DNA of 37,783 nucleotides from Nanohaloarchaea archaeon SW_4_43_9 (lineage in GTDB: Archaea > Nanohalarchaeota > Nanosalinia > Nanosalinales > Nanosalinaceae). The DNA is taken from positions 20,652 through 58,434 of the forward strand of contig PXPD01000015.1 of NCBI GenBank assembly GCA_003009815.1, written 5' to 3'. The notes beneath the pieces are model-generated. The model saw only the letters and a list, made by a program, of their open reading frames with translations, was not told the DNA's origin and searched no databases. The position numbers and the translations under genes were made by a program. Positions 33,078 through 37,783 of the stretch are shown here, piece by piece. Position 1 is the stretch's first letter, and each line of letters starts with the position of its first letter.

Positions 33078-34358
33078 ATGGTGCCGGACGGCTTAAGAAA
33101 AGTAGATGAGAAATTTATTGGTGACGATTGTGATTCTCTGGGACCCGATTATCATAAAAAAAGCCAAGCCATTCTCGATAAGGATGTAGAAGATAATGGA
33201 TTCGGCACCACAAAATCTACAAACATTAACGTATATGGAGGAAATGGATTGATTTACGCTTTCAGAGTCAGAATGCAAAATGTTCCGATCGTTAAGGAAG
33301 GCTATACAGGTCCAAAAAAAGATTTTGAGAATGGATTGTGTACTGAAGGTAAGAGTTCTGAGATAAAGGACTTCCTCATGGATTATTCTGAGGATCCTTA
33401 CGGAAATAGCAAAGCTGCCCGATATGTTTTGTGTGAGAACGCTACGGGATATATACAGTCAAATGCAGGTAAAATAGATAATACAGGGGAATCTAATGTA
33501 GACAAATTTGATTTTTCGGGAGGATACGGCACAGAAATTGTTTTTCCAAAACTATTAATTAGGCAGAATCCCGATGATTGCTTGAATAAAGGCTCAGAAA
33601 GCGACTTTGTAGATTATAGATTAAATGGAGATAGATGCTCTACAGAAGAAGTTCTCAAAGGCGAAGAAGGATCTGCACCTGTGACCAAAAATTGGAATGG
33701 TCTTGAGGTTGAGTGCGGTGTAAAGAAGGAAACGATCATACAGAACCACAATAATGGGAGATTCAGTTTCTACAATACAGGTTGGTTTAAAACAGGAGGA
33801 AACTTGGATGGTGATATTAAAGGGGCGGAGCCTCTTTATGAGGTTGAAAATGGTGAGGATGGTGGAGAACCTCCTGTGGCCGAAAATGCGAAGGGCGATC
33901 TAATGGTCAGGTTTTACGACCAGTCTGGTGCTAGATTGACTTATGACTTAAGATCATATTCTGTAGAGGAAGTTGATCTTAACTTTGAAACAAAAGGAAA
34001 TATGAATGTATATCTAAAGCAGGATGAAGATAATCAAATCCAATTGAGAATTAAAAGAACCGACAATGAAGAAACAGGAAAAGCCGATTATGAATTTAAA
34101 GTCTTAGAAGATGAAACAACCGTATATTCGAAAGATAAGACCGTAAATCTTGAAGAAGGGAATCCATTTGATGTTTTTGTAGATCTTAAATACACAGATA
34201 ATAAGCTAGAGTGGACTATAGAAGAAGGAGATGGATCAGAGATAGTTGATGAGACGAAAGAAGTTTCTAGTATTGATGTTGATTATATTAAATTTAGAAC
34301 TTCAGGTGATCAAAATAATCGAGCAACAAAGCTTAATGAGGTCTCGATTCAAGAATGA
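33078..34358 (+). CDS. 426-aa Cys-containing beta-rich protein with no signal or anchor, inside the pilin operon
   Basis: No N-terminal hydrophobic segment. About 7 Cys occur in the first 220 aa. The C-terminal half is beta-strand-like (MVRFYDQSGARLTYDL...IDVDYIKFRTSGD...). Its stop overlaps the next ATG. Confidence 0.6.
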   Translation: MVPDGLRKVDEKFIGDDCDSLGPDYHKKSQAILDKDVEDNGFGTTKSTNINVYGGNGLIYAFRVRMQNVPIVKEGYTGPKKDFENGLCTEGKSSEIKDFLMDYSEDPYGNSKAARYVLCENATGYIQSNAGKIDNTGESNVDKFDFSGGYGTEIVFPKLLIRQNPDDCLNKGSESDFVDYRLNGDRCSTEEVLKGEEGSAPVTKNWNGLEVECGVKKETIIQNHNNGRFSFYNTGWFKTGGNLDGDIKGAEPLYEVENGEDGGEPPVAENAKGDLMVRFYDQSGARLTYDLRSYSVEEVDLNFETKGNMNVYLKQDEDNQIQLRIKRTDNEETGKADYEFKVLEDETTVYSKDKTVNLEEGNPFDVFVDLKYTDNKLEWTIEEGDGSEIVDETKEVSSIDVDYIKFRTSGDQNNRATKLNEVSIQE

Positions 34359-34573
34359 ATTTGTTGAAGAATTATTATCGTCATATTGAATTAAGTTTAA
34401 CTCGGCGTAAAGGAATGGATAAACCGATTTTTCTAGTAGCCTCTTTGACTCTGGCTATTATGTTTGTAATGGCTTATTATCTGGCAACTACCGGTTGGAT
34501 GGATGGTATAGGAGAGATGCTTAATAACATGGTTGAAGATTATCAACCGGATCCAGGTGGTTCCGGAGGATAG
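34355..34573 (+). CDS. small pilin-like protein
   Basis: ...LTRRKG/MDKPIFLVASLTLAIMFVMAYYLA has RKG followed by a hydrophobic helix. There is an ATGA overlap with the upstream gene. Confidence 0.5.
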   Translation: MNLLKNYYRHIELSLTRRKGMDKPIFLVASLTLAIMFVMAYYLATTGWMDGIGEMLNNMVEDYQPDPGGSGG

Positions 34574-34616
34574 GGGAATCCAAGTTTATTTATCCTAGCT
34601 TTGAATTCATTATTGT

Positions 34617-34742
34617 ATGAGTATTTCGATCAGGATGGTTATCTCAATGATTATCGGTATTGCTTTAGTATTGGCGCTTGCATTCCTGGTTCAAAATCAG
34701 ACATCTGGAGCTGAAACATTTCTAGTAGGTCTGCTTCCATGA
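34617..34742 (+). CDS. 41-aa hydrophobic peptide (below track cutoff)
   Basis: MSISIRMVISMIIGIALVLALAFLVQNQTSGAETFLVGLLP, with an ATGA overlap onto the next gene. Confidence 0.35.
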   Translation: MSISIRMVISMIIGIALVLALAFLVQNQTSGAETFLVGLLP

Positions 34743-34975
34743 ACTCTGAAACTGCTATAGTAGTCGCTATTGTAATGGCGGTTTTGATCATTCTTTCGAT
34801 GGCAACCATATACAGCGGAAGCCTTGACCAGGTAGGTAGCTCGCTTTTCGGAGAAAACTCTGATCAAAACGGCTTGTTTGAGCCGGATGAAGATGTGAAT
34901 GAGTTCCCAACCCGGGAAAACTCCCAGACCGAGGAATCAGTTTTTCAGGAGGACTTAGTATATGACGAGCTCTGA
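34739..34975 (+). CDS. small N-terminally anchored acidic protein (78 aa)
   Basis: MNSETAIVVAIVMAVLIILSMATIYSG followed by an acidic tail. Confidence 0.5.
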   Translation: MNSETAIVVAIVMAVLIILSMATIYSGSLDQVGSSLFGENSDQNGLFEPDEDVNEFPTRENSQTEESVFQEDLVYDEL

Positions 34976-35390
34976 GACGCCAGGAACTATTTCAAGAGTT
35001 ATACTAGGTGCAATTGTGGCGGCGCTGGCTATCGCTATCGCTACAGGTCTTTTTTCCGGTATTGCAGATGGTGGACTATCTAGAGAAAGAGCGGATCTAA
35101 GGGATTTTGTCAATGGTGTTAACTCGGTATGCAACGGCCAGCAAAGCGCAACTTCACCGCTCACCAATCTGGAAGACTATTACATAAACAGATCTGATGA
35201 AGAAAAAAAGGTCCATCTAGTTAATCCTAGTGAAGAGATTGTAGACACCAAAGAGGTGGAATGCCATATAGATAACGAATTCAAGGTCAGCAACTCCTAC
35301 AAAGTCGATTTACGGGAGGAAGGGAACAAAGAGACCTATGTTGAAGTTTCAGGAGGACAATACTCTTCCCAAGGTGGTGAAGATGAGTAA
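34962..35390 (+). CDS. pilin-like protein (142 aa)
   Basis: MTSSETPG/TISRVILGAIVAALAIAIATGLF. CAGGAGGA lies 8 nt upstream. It overlaps the previous gene by 14 nt. Confidence 0.55.
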   Translation: MTSSETPGTISRVILGAIVAALAIAIATGLFSGIADGGLSRERADLRDFVNGVNSVCNGQQSATSPLTNLEDYYINRSDEEKKVHLVNPSEEIVDTKEVECHIDNEFKVSNSYKVDLREEGNKETYVEVSGGQYSSQGGEDE

Positions 35391-35787
35391 AGGATTATCT
35401 GTTACACTCAGTCTGGCTATAGTTACTTTCTTTGCTGTAGCTTTAGTGGCTAATATAGGAATTGAGAGGGTTGCGGAAATAGAAGATAGAATGTCGATGC
35501 ATGCAGTACCTCTCGTAGCTCAGAGGGTTGAGGTAGCAATCTATACCTTGAATGCAGGTAATGATGGTGAGGTCCAGTTAAATCTGCGTGATGAATACAA
35601 TCTTTCAAAAAATCCGGATCAAATAACTTACAATTTTACGAGCTATATACCCAGCCAGGACGATACAAGGAGATCCGAGATCAACCCTCCGGAAGGTGTC
35701 GGGTATGTAATAACAGAAGAGGGGAGATCTGAATATATTTGCTTGAGAAAAACAGGGATTATCAAGGTTAGTCCGGGTGAGTGCTGA
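35383..35787 (+). CDS. pilin-like protein with class III signal peptide (134 aa)
   Basis: I prefer the internal ATG at 35383: MSKG/LSVTLSLAIVTFFAVALVANIG, preceded by GGTGGTGA. The track's start at 35338 would add 15 residues that overlap the upstream gene. Confidence 0.6.
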   Translation: MSKGLSVTLSLAIVTFFAVALVANIGIERVAEIEDRMSMHAVPLVAQRVEVAIYTLNAGNDGEVQLNLRDEYNLSKNPDQITYNFTSYIPSQDDTRRSEINPPEGVGYVITEEGRSEYICLRKTGIIKVSPGEC

Positions 35788-36176
35788 TGGAAGATGTTTT
35801 ACCTTATGTAGCTGCCTCTGTCATGATTATACTGATTATCTTGGTGTCGATCAAGATGCAGATTTCAATGATGGAAGGACTGAACGATCTTACAGTAGAG
35901 AACAATGACAGACTGGGTTACAAGACCGCAGGTTCATTTCAGTTCTTGACGAAAGGAGAGAGATTTGGTGTTCTTACAAGAGAACAGTACGACAGCCTAA
36001 AAGATAACTGCGGACAATCTGTCGACGGGTTTTCCGGGGAGCCATTAACACTGGAGGATGCGGGTTGTTCAGAGGTAATAACCCCGTTGCCAGCTCCCTT
36101 AATGATTGTAGAACCTGAAGCTGAAAACTCATACAAGAAAATGGAGGTAGGTGAGACAAGTGAAGGGTTCAATTGA
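35781..36176 (+). CDS. N-terminally anchored protein (131 aa)
   Basis: MLMEDVLPYVAASVMIILIILVSI hydrophobic N-terminus, with a 7-nt overlap onto the upstream gene. Confidence 0.5.
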   Translation: MLMEDVLPYVAASVMIILIILVSIKMQISMMEGLNDLTVENNDRLGYKTAGSFQFLTKGERFGVLTREQYDSLKDNCGQSVDGFSGEPLTLEDAGCSEVITPLPAPLMIVEPEAENSYKKMEVGETSEGFN

Positions 36177-36594
36177 TATAACAGTTCTTATAGTTGCAGT
36201 AGTACCTATGGTTCTGCTTCTAATACTTTCTGCATACTTCATCGCCGAAGATAATTTGAATGCAGAGCTTATAGGAGAGATGAGGTTTGAAGAAAGCAAG
36301 TTCCAGACTATATCTGTTCACTCCCAGATTATGGATAATGAGACGCAAAGAAAAATTGGTCTGTACAGTGTTCAGGAGAACGAGGTTCAAAAGAACGAAG
36401 TTGAAGAAAGAGCCGAGAATATTCTATCCGAGTATACAGAATATTACAGTTTTCAGGCCGCAGGAGATAATATATATGTAGAATCGGATGAGGATGGCAA
36501 CCGTGTAAGATTCTCCACTTACGTACCTTCTCCCAGCCAAGAAATGGTTAAAGCCACTACAGCTATAGAGATTACAAACCAGGAGGACCAGTAA
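36151..36594 (+). CDS. pilin-like protein with class III signal peptide
   Basis: (MRQ)VKG/SIDITVLIVAVVPMVLLLILSAYFIA. Either GTG, 36151 or 36160, is possible; GGAGGTAGGTGA lies immediately upstream. Confidence 0.6.
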   Translation: MRQVKGSIDITVLIVAVVPMVLLLILSAYFIAEDNLNAELIGEMRFEESKFQTISVHSQIMDNETQRKIGLYSVQENEVQKNEVEERAENILSEYTEYYSFQAAGDNIYVESDEDGNRVRFSTYVPSPSQEMVKATTAIEITNQEDQ

Positions 36595-37643
36595 TGAAAG
36601 GACAGTATATAGGAATGCTGACAGTATTTGTCCTAGTTTTCATAATAACAGGCAATGTCTTCGGAGCCCTCCTTTTCCAGGAAGAATACAAAGAAGAGAT
36701 CAAGTTCAGTATAGGCAACTACAATACCATAGCTGAAGCACAAGTTATAGGTGAAAGATACATACCTAGAATGGAAACAGAGACAAACTATTCGAGCAAT
36801 ATAATCGCTCTAAGAATAAATGATGAAGAAAACCATCAAAAATGGAACGAGTTCTCTGTTGCTTCAAAACAGCAACTGAAAACCAACTACGAGCAAAGAG
36901 TTAAGGAAGAACTAGGTTCACAATCAAAGATTTTCGGATGTTCTGATCCAGAAGTAACCGAATTGAATGTAGAGGATAAAACAAACTATATAGCTAAACT
37001 GGAGCCGAACTCCATAACATGTAGAGAAAGTGTATCTGAAGAAGGTTCATCAACTATTGCCGACATAAAACTAGAAAAGGATGAGGTATCCGTGGATAAT
37101 GAAGATAACAGGTATGTAAGGATTTCAGAGGAAGCAGTAGAACTTGGAGATAGTTTGAGCAACGCCGATTACCCTGAATGGCAGGGTTCTGGATCAGCAA
37201 GTTCAGGTACAGAGGATGAATCCTGCGTGTCGTCTGTTAGTCTTTCCCAATTAAAACAAAATGCTGAATCTGAGGCGATAGATAAAGCCGAAGAAAGTAA
37301 AGACGATATTATTGCCGGTGATGATGACTTTGCAGAACATATGCTAGACAAAGTGGAGGATGCAGAAGATAGTTATCAAAAGCCTGATTGGATAAATATC
37401 GAAACCAATAGCGATGTGGAATATAGAACTATAATACAATACGCAAATAGAGATAGTTGTTCTCTACCTGATGACGAGGGAGACGAACAATCAGGCCAGA
37501 GAGGTAGCGCGGGTGCAAAAGCTGTACCGGATGATTTAATATTAAATTATACTTTGGAGGATTCTGAGAGAAGGGTGATTGACTTGGATGGAGGTAGGAA
37601 GAGTATTCCATTCAAGTTTGAGTTTGTCAAAGATATGGATTGA
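36594..37643 (+). CDS. large pilin-like protein with canonical class III signal peptide (349 aa, acidic C-terminal domain)
   Basis: MKG/QYIGMLTVFVLVFIITGNVFGALLF. An AGGAGG SD lies upstream, and the ATG overlaps the upstream TAA. Confidence 0.65.
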   Translation: MKGQYIGMLTVFVLVFIITGNVFGALLFQEEYKEEIKFSIGNYNTIAEAQVIGERYIPRMETETNYSSNIIALRINDEENHQKWNEFSVASKQQLKTNYEQRVKEELGSQSKIFGCSDPEVTELNVEDKTNYIAKLEPNSITCRESVSEEGSSTIADIKLEKDEVSVDNEDNRYVRISEEAVELGDSLSNADYPEWQGSGSASSGTEDESCVSSVSLSQLKQNAESEAIDKAEESKDDIIAGDDDFAEHMLDKVEDAEDSYQKPDWINIETNSDVEYRTIIQYANRDSCSLPDDEGDEQSGQRGSAGAKAVPDDLILNYTLEDSERRVIDLDGGRKSIPFKFEFVKDMD

Positions 37644-37653
37644 TCTGAGACAG

Positions 37654-37659
37654 TTTTTT
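37654..37659 (+). terminator. oligo-T tract (T6) after the last pilin-like gene
   Basis: TTTTTT lies 11 nt downstream of the stop at 37643, at the end of a ~10-kb same-strand gene run. Confidence 0.35.
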
Positions 37660-37700
37660 ATCAGTTCTAGTTTAAATGTCTAGTAAGGTGAACTAACAGT

Positions 37701-37783
37701 ATGCCAGAAGAAGATGACAACACAGTATACGTCGGTTCAAAACCTGCTATGAGCTATGTTCTCGCTGTAGTAACACAGTTTAA
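37701..37783 (+). CDS. albA: Alba (Sac10b) chromatin/RNA-binding protein, N-terminal 27 codons only (runs off window)
   Basis: MPEEDDNTVYVGSKPAMSYVLAVVTQF matches the conserved Alba N-terminus (..v.VG.KPvMnYVLAvvTQF). AAGGTGA lies 10 nt upstream. Confidence 0.7.
   Translation, partial: MPEEDDNTVYVGSKPAMSYVLAVVTQF

Noticed and set aside
32416-34358. Possibility that the 206-aa anchored protein and the signal-less 426-aa protein are one gene split by a third frame disruption.
   Set aside because: The two frames are simultaneously open only over about 19 nt (33015-33033). The A6 run lies after the stop, and the bridging peptide shows nothing recognisable. I kept them as separate genes but raised the signal-less protein as a finding.
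27796-37643. Calling the locus an archaellum (motility) operon.
   Set aside because: There is no archaellin-type N-terminal signature, no KaiC-like FlaH, and no confidently identifiable FlaF/FlaG. Only the ATPase and platform are shared with archaella, so I use the neutral term type IV pilus-like.

Overview
The window is gene-dense at about 42% GC. Its proteins are strongly acidic and the informational genes are archaeal (pelota, Trm5, diphthine synthase, DUF357-like, Alba). I read this as a small halophilic archaeon, plausibly Nanohaloarchaeota/DPANN, but that is inference only. I saw no rRNA, tRNA, CRISPR array or transposase. Housekeeping genes sit as small islands at 1.4-3.5 kb, 20.4-22.4 kb and 37.7 kb. 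Between them lie three accessory envelope blocks. (1) 3.5-11.1 kb holds an unrecognisable five-gene module: a membrane-anchored beta-sandwich protein, a 978-aa polytopic Cys-rich protein and three paralogous lipoproteins. (2) 11.1-16.6 kb is a minus-strand surface-protein operon with PKD and Ig/CARDB-like repeats. One of its genes is frame-disrupted, and two of its transcription units share a near-identical promoter/leader. (3) 22.4-37.6 kb is a type IV pilus-like (FlaI/FlaJ-type) superlocus. It has an ATPase split by a frame disruption, a 712-aa platform protein, at least 10 tightly coupled pilin-like genes (several with canonical KG class III signal peptides), two divergent coiled-coil proteins and a family of small membrane proteins. 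The clearest sequence-level oddity is an N-terminally eroded PIN-domain gene flanked by two copies (about 70-75 nt) of the trm5 3' end. One copy is functional and one is decayed, which looks like the scar of an insertion or integration. Many functions remain unknown, and family calls made from memory are marked as such.
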